Source: Basidiobolus meristosporus CBS 931.73
Lineage: Eukaryota; Fungi; Basidiobolomycota
Assembly: GCA_002104905.1 (NCBI GenBank)
Contig: MCFE01000228.1
Location: 58,069-122,068 of the forward strand
Direction of reading: 5' to 3'
DNA length: 64,000 nucleotides
The notes under the pieces were generated by a model. It was not told where the DNA came from. It searched no databases and was given only the letters and a program-made list of their open reading frames with translations. Positions within the stretch are counted from its first letter, which is position 1. Each line of letters begins with the position of its first letter. This document shows positions 48,013-61,360 of this stretch, one piece after another. A program made the translations under genes and the position numbers.

Positions 48013-51000
48013 TGTTGCAATTTAAGAAGTAATTTGGATACAAGGAACTTATCAAGAAATAGTGATAATTGTTCTACTCTTGTTTATTAGTAAAGAAGCT
48101 CAGCATCTATACCTTTGTAGAAGTAATACTGCTGCAACACAGGGTAAGGAGGGTTTCTCAATATTCAGGAGCATTCTGTAACAGTTTCAGGGTTAGTACA
48201 TAATAGTTAGTGTTGGTGCTAACTTGATCCTGACTATAGGGGAATAATCAAATGATCATAGATCTGAAGAAAGTGGTAAAGTTAGTGCTGTAGATTAGTC
48301 CCACAGTGGCCTAGACTAGTCAAGAACTGTTAAGTAAATTTTTAGCTGCAGAATGATACCAAATAGTCCAATAATTCAACACTCACCCTCAACTAATTAA
48401 TTTCTTAATCCTGATTCCTCCCTGAGATATTCAAACTGTAGCCTAACTAGTGGTTTTGCCAATATGTCTGCCACCATTTTGTTAGTTGGGCAGTACACTA
48501 ACTCTACTAAGTTATTTTCTACAGCTTCTCTCACAAAGTGATGCTGTATCTCAATGTGCTTAGTTCTGGCATGCTTTGTAGGATTTCTAGCTAATGAAAT
48601 ACAACTTTGATTATCCTTGTATATACATGCTGGTTCATCTGAATTAAAACTAAGTCTTTGAATAATTTTCATAGCCATAAAGCCTCCTTAGTTGCTTGAA
48701 GTGCAGCCATATATTCAGCTTCAGTTGTAGATAGGGCCATAGTTGGTTGTTTCTTGCAATTCCAAGCAATAGCTGCAACAGTGTAAAGAAATACATAGCC
48801 TGTGGTAGAGTGTCTGTCAATTAGATCCCTACCCCAATCTGAATTACTATATCCATCAAATTTTTGCCTATTAGCTACTCCAGAGTATTGCAGTACCATA
48901 CTTATGGTACCTTGTAGATATCTGAAAATCCGCTTAACTGCTGCAATTTGATCTGCTCCATAATTTTGCGTGAAATGACTGACTGTTTCAACTGCTACTA
49001 CAATATCTGGACATGTAGACACCATCAAGTACATTAGGCCACAAACTATTGATTGATAGGGAAAGTTTTTGTCCATATTTGAGCCATATTCATTTATAAC
49101 TGGCTGAGATTTGCTTAATTTTCAGTTATTGTCCATATGGGTAGCTGCAGGTCTGCAATTTTCCATTTGAAGCTTCTAAGAATGTCCCTGATGTACTTAG
49201 ACTGATTCAGCACAATTCTCTGCATAGGTATGTCAAATTTGACCTCAATTCCAAGAAAATAGCTCAATTTTCCAAGATCTTTCATTTCAAATTTGCTGAA
49301 GAGATCTAATTTTGTCTGTTTAAGTGCCTCTTGGTCTTTTGTAGCTATAATTAGGTCATCCACATAAAAACCAGGGTGTTCACACCCTTCTTGAGCTGAT
49401 TCATATATATACTGTGATCTGCAGTGCTACAAGAGTACCCAATTATCACTAGACATGTGTCAGTCTTGCTATACCATGCTCTAGGTGCCTGCTTAAGCCC
49501 ATACAACAATTTTCTAAGTTTGCCACCTTATGGGGGTCTATTGGATTGTTGAAACCTTCTGGTTGCTTCATATATATAGTTTCTTGCAAATCCCCCATTT
49601 AGAAAGGCTGTTTTGACATCCATATGGTTTAGATCTAGACTGTGTACAGCTGCCAGGGCTAGAACTGTCCTAATGGTGTTAAACTTGGCAACCGGAGCAA
49701 ATGTTTGCTCAATGTCTAGTCCCTGGATCTGGGAATAGCATTTAGCCACCAATCTAGCCTTGTACTTATCAACAGCACCATTTGAGGTTATCTTGATCTT
49801 GTAGACCCATCTACATCCTAATGGCTTTCTCACATTTGGTAAATCTACCAGTTCCCACGTTTTTGCCTTGATCAGTGATTGGTACTCCTCCTGCATGGCA
49901 TTTTGCAACATATCAGCATCTGGACTTTGCATTGCCTGTTCCAGAATCTGAGGTTTGGCACATAAGGCAAGATAAATTTTTCCATGATCATTGGCTGTGT
50001 GCCACCAAGATCCAGGGACATTTCTCATTCTGGTAGATCTCCTAACTGGGATAATCTGTTCTGATCTGGGACTGGTAGAGGTATCCTCCATATCTGGCTG
50101 GATTTAACACTGAGCTCTTGAAACATGGTCTAGCTTGTTTGCCATATGAACCTCCCTTACAAACATTCAATTTGATTGAAATTGAGTATTTTAGGCCCAA
50201 AACAAGCTGATTTTTTTTACCAATTTGCTCATTTTCTGTTTCCCAATGTGTCCTAGCCTCATATGCCACGTCTCCCAGTTGGTTTCATCAGTTTCAGCAA
50301 TGTTGACATACTCAGGTACAATGATCTTGCATTGTAACTTGTATATATTGTGATCTCTAATTCCCAAAGCTAATTTTTGTCCATTCTCACTCAATATTAA
50401 GCAGCTCATCTTAATAAAAACAAATTTCAGTCCCTGAGCGGTTGCCTTACTGACTCAGAGTAGGTTCTTAGCTATTCCAGGTACAAAGAGTACGTCAGTG
50501 AGTCTTGCTGTTGTTGCCCCTGAGCTATTGATCATATTTAGTTGTATAGACCCACTTGAGGTAGCTTCCAGAGCAGAGTTATCTCCCAAATAAACCTTTC
50601 TTACAGGAATAGTCTTTAAGTTGCTGAACCACTCATTTATACCACAAATATGCTGTGAGGCTCCAGAGTCAATATACCATTCATTACTTTGGTTACTTGC
50701 ACTCTCTTGTATGGTTACATATAACTGTTCATCAGTAGTTATATGGTTTACCTGCTCTAGTTTCTGTTCTTTGTCTGCTTGTTTCTTCTTGCATTCTCTT
50801 GCCCAGTGTCCTGGCTTTTTACAATAGTTGCAGCAGCCAGGTTTTTTTTGGTTTTGTTGCTTTCCCTTCATTTCTGAGTGCCTTTCTGAACTGAATAAAG
50901 CATTATCTTTGATTTTCTCTGCTTGATCAACACATCTGAGTCCTTCATGGAGAAGTCTTCCTTTGGCATAGTCTAAAGTCAAATTGACTTCACTGCTTTC

Positions 51001-51920
51001 TAAAGAAAGTATAAGTGGCTTGTACTTGTCTGGTAGGCTGCAAAGCAGACAGAGTATCTTTTCTTCATCATCTACACCAGCATTAATACTGTAAAGTTCT
51101 TCTGCAAGTGTCTCCAACATGAGGAAGAAGCCAGATGATGATATACTACAACTTGTTACCAAAATGAAGAACTTTAGTTCCAAATAAAGCTTGCTTGATA
51201 CTGACTTTGCCCTAAAGATCTTCTCCAAGGATTCCCATGCTGCTTTGGCAGTATTTGAGACCTGGATTTGTCCAATGAAGGAATCTTGCATATTGATACA
51301 TATGGCATTAAAGGCCTTTCTCTCCTTCTCTTGAAACTTCTCCACTTCTTCTGCTGTTCCTTTGGGCTTAGCTTCTTTTCCTGTTACTATATTCCAAAGC
51401 TTCATTTCCTCAAGGTGGATCTGCATCTTGATTCTCCTAAGTCTGTAGTTCTTTCCATCAAACCTCTCCTTTACAGGGAAAATGTTTGTGTTGTTCTGTT
51501 TACTGGTAGAAGTCATCTTTAGAATAGATTAAGGTAATTGGGGCTCATAACCTGTTGCAATTTAAGAAGTGATTTGGACATAAGGAACTTATCAAGAAGT
51601 AGTGACAATTGTTATACTATTTTTTATTAGTAAAGAAGCTCAGCATTTATACCCTTGTAGAAGTAATACAGCTGCAACACTGAGTATGGAGGGTTTCTCA
51701 ATATTCAGGAGCATTTTGTAACAGTTTCAGGGTTAGTACATAATAGTTAGTGTTAGTGCTAATTTGATCCTGACTATGGGGGAATAATCATATGATCATA
51801 GATCTGAAGAAAGTGCAAAGTTAGAGCTGTAGATTAGTCCCACAATGACCAAGACTAGTCCAGAATTGTTAAGTAAACTTTCAGCTGCAGAATGATACCA
51901 AATAGTCATATATTTCAACA
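48013..51920 (-). mobile_element. Ty1/copia family E element with internal integrase deletion
   Basis: LTRs at 48013-48381 and 51553-51920 (roughly 90% alike by eye); TSD GCCTT; PBS GGTTATGAGCCCA; gag-PR ORF 50455-51516 (CNYCKKPGHWAREC, WYIDSGASQH); GAG-pre-integrase joined near 50100 to the RT leader. Confidence 0.95.
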
Positions 51921-54534
51921 GCCTTGTCTGTCAGTAGTATCTCCACTCTGTCAATGATGGAGAATATGGAGGCTGTGGTAGACAAATTGCCTTTTTCAGC
52001 AAATTTATCTACCTTGCTGGAGTGTAGCTTAACTGGCGGCGCTTCCAACTCTTGTGAAAGCAGCTGTTTTCTTGTTGATAATTCTTCTTGGCTATGATGA
52101 GACTCAGTCTGTTCCGGGCTTGCAGTGTCATTTGGCAAGAACTGCTGCTTTTTTGCATGCCTCCCTGGCTCAGGCTTGGGTGGATATTTTTCCTTTTCCC
52201 TTTTCTTTATCATTGCCAGGTCTTTCACTGATGCTTTGTCTGAGTGCTTCTTGTAATGAACTAAATTTTCTTCTTGATAAATCTGCTCCAACTCATCTGT
52301 TTTGGCCTGCTTGTTCCTTGCTGGCACTCTTCTGGCAGCCTGACATTTCTTTCCCACTTGTTTTGAGCTCTCAACTGTAGGTGTGACAGGCTCCTGTAAA
52401 AGCCATGGGTTTTCATCACTGCCAAGTCCTTTGCTGCTACTTGACTGAGTGCTTCTTGAGTGGTACTAGGCTTTTTCTTTGATGAATATTGTGCTGGTGC
52501 ATCTGTGTCTGCCCTCTTGTCCCTAATTGGCACTCTTCCAGCTACCCAATATCTCTTTGTTGCTTGTCTGGAGCTTTTGGCCCTGCTTGTAACAGGCTCT
52601 TAAGGAAGCTGCTGTTTTTGGCCATGGCACCCTTGTTCTTCTTTCTTTGATAGCTTCTGCTATTCTTAAGATACTTTCTTAGCATTTCAATGCTGGCCCA
52701 GAATCTGTTTGCCTGTTTGAATCCAGGTTAATGCTCATGGAACAAGTCAAGTGCATTCTGCTTGGCCTTGAGTTCCTGATGGTTCCATGGTATGCCAGCC
52801 TTGAGGTGATGGCATGCTAGACTTCTGATAGCCTCTTGAATATTAGCCCACTCTTATTATTGCACTCAATGGCTTCATGGATCTTCAATTTCTTTTGATT
52901 TTTAGGCTTTAATATAAGCACCACATTGTCTCCCTCCCTAGCTGTAACAGGTTTTTCTGTGGGCTTTATCTTTGGGCACTGTTTTTGTGCATCAAAGACT
53001 GTACAGTGCTCCTCTGCTATTACATTGGGAAATGGCTCAATTCTTGGCTGTGTCATTGAGCTACTTGAGTTCCTTCTTTGCAGCAAAGATGCTGCTTTCT
53101 CTACCTGGGATATTGATTGCTCTACATTTATTATCTGCTCATCCTGTTTTTGGACTATTTCCTGATTTCTTTGGCCCATTGCATCTATCCCATCAGCCAC
53201 TGCACTTAATTGCTTCATTAATGCTGGGCACAACGGTCAGCTTGTGCTCTGCAGAGGTTCTCAATTGCCTACTTGACTGAGAGCCTGAGGAGTTTGCATT
53301 ATTACCTTCAGTGGGCACACTGTTAACATGGCCTTTTTTTGTATGTAGCCCCACTTGTTGCAATGAATGTCAAAGCAAGCTGTTGTCCAACTGTTCTTCT
53401 GTTGCTGTCAGTGGTGGGGTTTGGTTGGGAACCAGACAACCTTGCTTCATTTTTTGACAGCATATATATGAAAGTGAGTCAAGTCAAAAGGGAAATAGTG
53501 TTACATATACGTGTGTATGTGGTGCCACAGCTTTATTTTTAATGCTTATAATGGCAGGTTATCACTGAATCTACATTCATGTAGGTGCAGTGTCTCAAAT
53601 ACAAGACTGTCTTAAATTCACATGAGCATTGACTAAAAAGTGATATAATAGCGTAATGTTGTTGAAGGTCAAACTGTTTGCCCCATGGACAAGACTACTT
53701 TGACTCATTGCTGTAAGAGAAGAGAAAAACAACCATGTGGCTATTGTGGCAAGCCTCTCAGCCATGATTCATGCAGACAGCATAGGAAGTATTACAAGGA
53801 TCACAGCCAGTGTTTTGCTACACAAGTCATACTTGACCATTCTTGGTCACTACTGTACCAACATCATCTTGCTGGCCAGTTGATACTTCTATATTGGCAC
53901 CTAGCTCTCTTTGTCACCCTATGCAAACTGAGTTAGGTGAGTTTCTGATTACTTTGGGCTCACCTCAGCCTTTTGAATATGGCACACAGAGTGATAGCCC
54001 TGACAAAGAAGGTTCACTGATGGATTGTGAGCCTATCTTCCCTGGCAACAGTACCATATATGAGCCTGGTCAAGTCCTAATATGCAATAAAACAACACCA
54101 ATAGAAACAAATGCCAAGGATACTTTATGGAGCCAAGTGAGCCCAGTAATCCATCTACTGGTGAATGATGTAATGTTGTGGCTAGAGAAGTGGTGTGTTT
54201 CCACTAATATCAGTAATGGGGGCATAGAGGAGTTATTACTACTTCTTCCCAAAATCATTCTGGGATGCAACTGTCCTGTACAGGGTACAATTGGACAACT
54301 GACATGCAGCTAGCAACATATGATCTAGAGACTGTCCTGATTCCAGCATGTGTTAACAGTTGCAAGGCATTCACATCCAAAAATGCTACCAATGCAATGT
54401 GTCCAAATTGTCAGGATTCCACCACTGATGAGGGATAACATTGTTCACACTCTGGATATATTCTGGTAATACCCCATCTGATGAAACTGATGTAGTCCAA
54501 CAAATATTGCAAAGCTATCTGGTACTGCACTCTC

Positions 54535-54695
54535 TATCAATCAAGCACAAACACACCCAATATATTTGATGGCAAACATTACAAACTGCTAAGAAGAAAG
54601 GGCTACTCATACATACCTTCAAAGTAGCCCTTGCTTCTTGGCTGTTTGTAATGTTTGCCATCAAATATATTGGATATGTTTGTGCTTGATTGATA
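54535..54695. repeat. Hairpin centre of the CACTA fold-back: 73-bp arms, 15-bp spacer (54608-54622)
   Basis: TATCAATCAAGCAC...GGGCTACT / AGTAGCCC...GTGCTTGATTGATA, about 5 mismatches. Confidence 0.92.
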
Positions 54696-54698
54696 TTA

Positions 54699-55429
54699 GA
54701 CTTGTTCTGTTGGATAGTGCCACATTGAGCCATGAGTGCCAAATGATGCCATAGTGTGCCAGGGAGGCCAAATGAGCCTACACTTGGCCACAGAGTGTGA
54801 AACATAGATCTGCATCTTCATGCAAAGCAGCCCCTATGTCTCACTCATTATGATGGCAAAAATCCATTTTTTGACCTTTTTTTTAGGTTGATGTTGTACA
54901 GGATGTGCAAGAGCACTAAAGTATTGAAGATATGCATCTGGTACTCAATACCCATGGCACTCTGAATCTAGCTCCTGTGGCTTGTGACGTGTCACAAAAA
55001 TGCATGGCACTATCTTGGTTCACTGGTACTATCTGGCACTATAAGTGCTTTGTATTGATCTTACTTTAGGGCTAATATTTAAATATAGTGCCAGATAGTA
55101 CCAGTGAACCAAGATAGTGCCATGCATTTTTGTGACACGTCACAAGTCACAGGAGCTAGATTCAGAGTGCCATGGGTATTGAGTACCAGATGTATATCTT
55201 CAATTCTTTAGTGCTCTTGCACATCCTGCACAATATTGATCCACAAAAAAACGTCAAAAAATAGATTTTCTCCTGCATCATAGGTGAAACACAGGGGATG
55301 CTTTGCATGAAGTTGCAGATCTATGTTTCACACTCTGTGGCCAAGTATAGGCTCACTTGGCCTCTCTGGCACACTATGGCATCATTTGGCAATCATGGCT
55401 CAATGTGACATTATCCAACGGAACAAGTC
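54699..55429. mobile_element. 731-bp palindromic MITE/foldback element sharing termini with the DDE element at 24231-27658
   Basis: Arms at 54699-55043 and 55084-55429 are inverted copies around a 40-bp spacer; ends GACTTGTTC...GAACAAGTC; flanks rejoin into CACTA transposase sequence TGATTGATACTGAG. Confidence 0.9.
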
Positions 55430-56537
55430 TACTGAGTGTGGTACTACATAGCTTTGCAATATTTGTTGGACTGCATCAGCTTCCTCTGATTGGGTATGAC
55501 TGGAATGTATTCAGAGTGTGAAGGATGTTTTCCCTCAATGGTGGTGGATTCCTGACAATTTGGACACATTGCAATGGTAGCATTTTTGGATGTGAATGCC
55601 ATGAAACTGTTAACACATGCTGTTATCAGGACAGTCTCTAGATTATATGTTGCCAGCCACATGACAGTTGTCCACTTGTACCATGTACATAGTAAGTTGC
55701 ATCCCGGTATGATTTTGGCAAGAGGTAGTAATAAATCCTCAAGGCCCCCATTACTGGTATTAGTGGAAATATGCCACTTCTCTAACCACAACATTACATC
55801 ATTCACCAGTAGATGGATTACTGGGCTCACTTGGCTCCATAAAGTAACCTTGGCATTTGTTTCAATGGGTATTGTCTCATTGCATTTAGGGATTTGACCA
55901 GGCTCATACATGGTACTGTTGTTGGGGGAGATGAGCTCAAAATCCATCAGTGAACCTTCTTTGTCAGAGCTATCACTTGGTGTGCCATATTCAGAAGGCT
56001 GAGGTGAGCCTAAAGGTGTCACAAACTCACCTGACTCAGTTTGTGCAAGGTGACAAAGATGGCCAGGTGCCAATATAGAAGTATCAACTGGCTGGCAAGA
56101 TATTGTTGGTACAGTAGTGACCAATGAATGGTAAAGCATGCCTTGTGTGGCAAAACACTGGCTGTGATCCTTGTAATACTTCCTACACTGTCTCCATGCT
56201 TCATGGCTGAGAGGCTTGCTACAATATCTACATGGCCTTTTTTCTCTTCTCTTATGGCATTGAGTCAAGGTAGTCTTGTCCATGGAGCAAACAGTTTGAC
56301 CTTCAACAACCTAATGCTATTATATCACTTTTTGGTAGGTACTCATGTGAACTTAAGAGAGTCTTGTATAATGTAAGATTCAATAATGACCCACCATAGT
56401 GAGCAATATAAATAAAGTTGTGGCACCACATACACACGTATATGTAACACTATTTCCCCTTTGGTTTGACTCACTTATATATATATGCCACCAAAAAATA
56501 AAGCAATGTTGTCTAGTTCTCAACTAAACCCCACCAC

Positions 56538-57614
56538 TGATGGTTTAGTGGGGTCATAGTGACACCCACTGACAGATGTGCTCATTCCCATATTTTCTAC
56601 TTCCCTTTATCTCTACTACACTTATTTTAGTTTTATTCCATTTGTCTTACCTGATCAGTACTATTTCATAAGCCAGTTGACTATCACATCTGCTTACCTT
56701 ATTGCATAAGTTATCCCTCACTTTATGTAAGATTACTAGCTGTAAGTGCTTCTATATTAAGCAAGTACCTGCACCAGTACCTGTGACACATGATCAACCT
56801 GTGTCACCATTCCTACCATTTTTATACCATGTATGGTATCCCTATGTTGCACAGGTTTCATAATGCTGATTCCTGATTGGTTGGATGTTATGTGCCTCTT
56901 AGAACCTTCAAGCACATACTTGGAATACTCTTAGCTCATTCTGATGTCATTAAGATTTCTATTGATCTCCAGAACCTTCTGGAACACCATGATTAGTAAT
57001 CACTTACCCAGTGAGAAAAGTGTATAAGGGAGGCAATGCATCAACAGTAAATCATCATCCCTTTTATCAATATACCAACTTGTTGATTAGTGTGATCACT
57101 GCTACCTGCTGCTACCTGAACTTCCAACCCCAGGCCACAGGACACTTCCAGGAAACCACAATAACAGCCAACTGACCTTAGAGGCACTACTTATGAGGAA
57201 TACTCAGAGTAGGTATCTTTTATTATATTTGATTCTTTCCCAAGCTTGTTCTTTTACAGGCAAAGATTCTTTTCTGTCTTTGTAACTATTGACCACAGCT
57301 GCATTCTTATCAAGTCCCTGCTGGTGGAGTTTACAGTTGTTTTGACTTTGGAAGCTTTAGTACATTATCATCTCAAAGGACACTGAGCCCAGCACATACT
57401 TTTGTTAAGTTGCCAACTAAGTTGGGGATTGTAGCTCAATAGTTTTCTCTTGACAGGCTTGTGGCTTTACTCCCCATCACATTAGATTAGAGACAGAACC
57501 CAAGTATTCCTAGCAAGCTTTTGCCAGAGGTTATTGCACCCAGTGAGCACCCCTCACACAAAACACTTGAGAAGTGTTGGACATATCTCTCCCTTGGACC
57601 TATACACCACCACA
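56538..57614 (+). mobile_element. Solo LTR-like sequence of ~1.07 kb related to the Gag-protease element LTR, inserted in CACTA ORF2
   Basis: Shares GCAAGTACC...GTGACACATG, ATGTTGCACAGGTTTCA...CCTGATTGG and the terminal ...TACACCACCACA; no clean TSD; left edge approximate. Confidence 0.7.
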
Positions 57615-59927
57615 ACAGCAACAGAAGAATAGTTGGACAACAGCTTGCTTTGACATTCAGTGCAACAAGCCCTGTGGACAGTGTGCCCATTGAAGGTTAT
57701 AATGCAGACTCCTCAGGCTCTCAGTCAAGTAGGCAATTGAGAACCTCTGTGGAGCCACAAGCTGACTCTTATGCTTGGGCAGATGAGAATGTAGCAAATG
57801 CAGTACCCTCAGTTAAAGATCTGCAAGTGGTCATGATAACATCCCCACCACCCATATTAGCAAGTATGTTGTCAGCTCATACCAAAGCATCAATGAAGCA
57901 ATTAGGTGCTGTGGCTGATAGGATCAATGCAATGGGCCAGGGAAATCAGGAAATAGTCCAGAAACAGGATGAGCAGATAATGTGTGTAGAGCAATCAATA
58001 TCCCAGGTAGAGAAAGCAGTAACTTTGCTGCAAAGAAGGAACTCAGGTAGCTCAATGACACAGTCAAGAATTGAGCCATTTCTGAATGCAACAGCTGAGA
58101 AACACCATACAGTCTTTGAAGCACAACCACAGTGCCCAAAGATAAAGCTTACAGAAAAACCTATTACAGCTTGGGAGGGAGACAATGTGGTGCTTATATT
58201 AAAGCCTAAAAATCAAAAGACATTGAAGATCTGTGAAGCCATTAAGTGCAATAATGAAGAGTGGGCTAATATACAAGAGGCTGTCAGAAGTCTAGTATGC
58301 CATCACCTTAAGGCTGGCATACCATGGGACCATCAAGAACTCAAGGCCAAGCAGAATGCACTTGACTTGTTCCATGAGCATTATACTGGATTCAAGCAGG
58401 CAAATGGATTTTGGGCCAGCATTGGTATGCTAAGAAAGTATCCTAAGAATAGTAGAAACTATCAAAGGCAGAAGAACAAGGGTGCCATGGCTAAAAACCA
58501 CTGACTTCCTCAAGAGCCCATTACAAGCAGGGCCAAAAGCTCCAGACAAGCAACAAAGAGATATTGGGTAGCTGGAAGAGTGCCAATAGGGACAAGCAGG
58601 CAGACATGGATGCACCAGCACAACATCTCTCAAGGAAAAAGCATAGTACCACTCAAGAAGCACCCAGTCAAAGTAGCTGTGAAGGACCTGGCAGTGACAA
58701 AAACTAGCTGCTTTTACAGGAGCCTGTCACAACTATGGTTGGGAGCTCAAAACAAGCAGAAAAGAAACGTCAGGTTGCCAGAAGAGTGCCAGAAAGGGAC
58801 AAGCAGGCCAAAAAAGATGTGTCAGAGCAAAGTTTATCCAGGAAAAATGTAGTTCTTTACAAGAAGCACTCAGATAAAGTAGCAGTGAAAGACCTAGCAG
58901 TGATAAAGGAAAAGGGAAAGGGAAAAATGTCTACCCAAGCCTGAGACAGGGAGGCATGCAAAAAAAACTGCAGTTCTTGCCAATTAACGTTGCAAGCCAA
59001 GAACAGTCTGAATCCCATCATAGCCAAGAAGAAATACCAACAAGAAAACAGCTGTTTTCACCAGAGTTGGAAGTGCAGCCAGTTGAGCTACACTCCAGCA
59101 AGGTAGATGAGTTTGCAGAAAAAGGCAATTTGTCTACCACAGCCTCCATTGTTGACAGAGTGGAGATCCCACTGACAGAAAAGGCCACAATGTCAAGAGC
59201 TCAAAAGACTATCACAATGCCTTCAGTGGAGTTTTGGAACATTAATAGGCACACCAAGAGGTTGCAGCACTTCTTCAAGAGCAGTGCTCATGAAAACACA
59301 CTGGGATATTGCAAGGATTTATTGCAAAGACTGGCAGATGAAAAGCTAGACCTTGCAGTGCCGGTTGAAGACCAGGATGTGTGGGAACCAGTGAATAAAC
59401 AGTGGCATTAAGCTGTTGGGTTCCCACCAAAGTCATTGAACCAGAGCATTACCACAGAAATACCTATTGAGTGGTGGATTTTAGTGGAGTTACTTGTTGA
59501 GTGTGGGGTTGGGCTTAATGTTAGTGTAGTGTATAGTGACTTGTATAGGTTAATACAATTGGCAATTGAGGTACAACTAAAGTTTCAATGGATATAAATC
59601 AAATTGTATGCATGCAAAGTAAGAGAAACAGTTGAGTTAGGAAGTAAGGAGTGTGAAAAAGTGGCAATAGCCAATCAATTCACACAAACATAGGAGGCAA
59701 TAGATTGTCTGGGATCAGAAAGTGAGCAAATTGGCAGGGAACCAATCAAAAGTCACTTATCCATTGTTGTCATGGAAAATTTTGACCAAGTTTTTTGTGA
59801 AATCTGGGGTGCAATTATTTTTAACAGTCTCTGGCCGGTGCCCTGACAAGATCAATACCTCTTAGTCATGGGACTTTAACTTTGTGATGGCCTGTTGATG
59901 GGATCATCTCAATAATTTCCCATAGGG

Positions 59928-60630
59928 TAAGTACTTCTCACAGGCTCCAATCAATATTCACACGCATATGCAACAATACAAATGTAAAGACTGGATGAAC
60001 TGGATATGTATTTATTCAGGTGGCATTATGAAGCCTTTCCTACCAAGAGTATATTGGAAGCATTGGGAGTTATATGTGGACATTGTAGGAATATTAATCC
60101 AGCAGCCAATCACCAATGCCAACTTGATGGATCTACAGCTGTTGTGCAAGGAGCTTGTGAGGGGTTTTGGGTGGCTATACTACAAACATAATGCTGAACA
60201 TGTAGATCTCTGCGGCTATCCATTCTCTACTCCATCTTGCATAGTGTGTGGGGAATATTGGGCTTTGCTTCACCTCTTGGGAGTTTCCTATGGAGCAGAT
60301 GTGCAGGGAGATAGGAAGACAAGTCAAGTTGCAGTTACTACCATATCCCAATCTCATCAAGAATATTACCTTCAAGTCCATCATGCATATGATGAGTTGG
60401 CACATGGAGGACAGCCAGGAAGAATCAGAAAATACTGATGACAAATGTGCACATGGAGACACCTATGCCTATGGCATTAAGAAGCTAAGCAGCTCCAAAG
60501 CATGGGTAATCAGTTAAGTAATGCAAAGTTGGGTTGGGTGCAACAAGTAACTGATTTTTAATAGGAAAACTATACCAAGATATGCTGGATTTCTCTTGCT
60601 CACATGCCAACTTCTACACCATTCAATATG
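59928..60630 (+). pseudogene. CACTA transposase C-terminal fragment
   Basis: KYFSQAPINIHTHMQQYKCKDWMNWICIY...WEFPMEQMCREIG, homologous to 35818-36546. Confidence 0.85.
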
Positions 60631-61360
60631 GAATTCACACAAACAAGAGCCAGATTGCACCTATAAGGGGGACTAGAATCCTGCAGGGAGAAGGAATATA
60701 TTGGCTAAATACCAAGAAGTTCTTTGCAGATATACAGGAGGTATTCTTGGCAGAAGTGGTGACAACCAAGCATAGGTTTGCAAGATGTATATGTAACTAG
60801 CAGTACAAGGTATATGGCAATTTTGAAAGTATCACACTCAAAAGCCATAAAGTTGAGATGATAGAAGTATTTCAATTGAGGTAGGTGTGCATGTTTGTAG
60901 AGGTTAGTAAGCGGGAGGCCATAGTTTTTTTTGATTTGAACTACATGTGGAATACCCAAGATAGTAGTGGGTAAGCAGATAAAGAGGGTTGATTCTACAG
61001 TGGAATATATGAATTGCACAAGGGGAGGTAGAAAAGGAAATACCATTTGGTAAATTGGTAAGGTAGCATTATACAGAACCAGCTGTAGGCCACCATACTG
61101 CCAATATAATGCTATCAGAGTCTTGCTGTAAAGCCTTTAAGATACCATCAAGTTTCTTGCCATATAAGACAATTAGATGTCCTGGCTGGTTAGATCCATT
61201 TTGAACAGTTGTAGAGCTCAATAAGACTGCAACAATACCATTCAATTATTGTCACAGCACCAACCAAATCTTGTCAAGTTTTATCACTTTATTTGGTAGT
61301 AAAATTAGCAAAATGCTGCTGTAATTCCATCATAAGATTGTTAAGAGTGTCACTAGTTCC

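Larger units (their letters stand above)
43645..59927. mobile_element. Fold-back CMC/CACTA structure of ~16.3 kb with nested insertions
   Basis: Begins CCCTA and ends TAGGG, with related inverted termini. Left arm has ORF2 on minus and transposase N-terminus on plus (53685-54607); right arm is the mirror image (55444-56283 minus, ORF2 plus from about 56486). Confidence 0.8.

Noticed and set aside
43642-59930. TAA on both sides as a proven TSD of the fold-back CACTA
   Set aside because: The two flanks are transposase fragments that overlap by about 115 bp and are diverged, so they do not rejoin into one empty site; the match is only suggestive.
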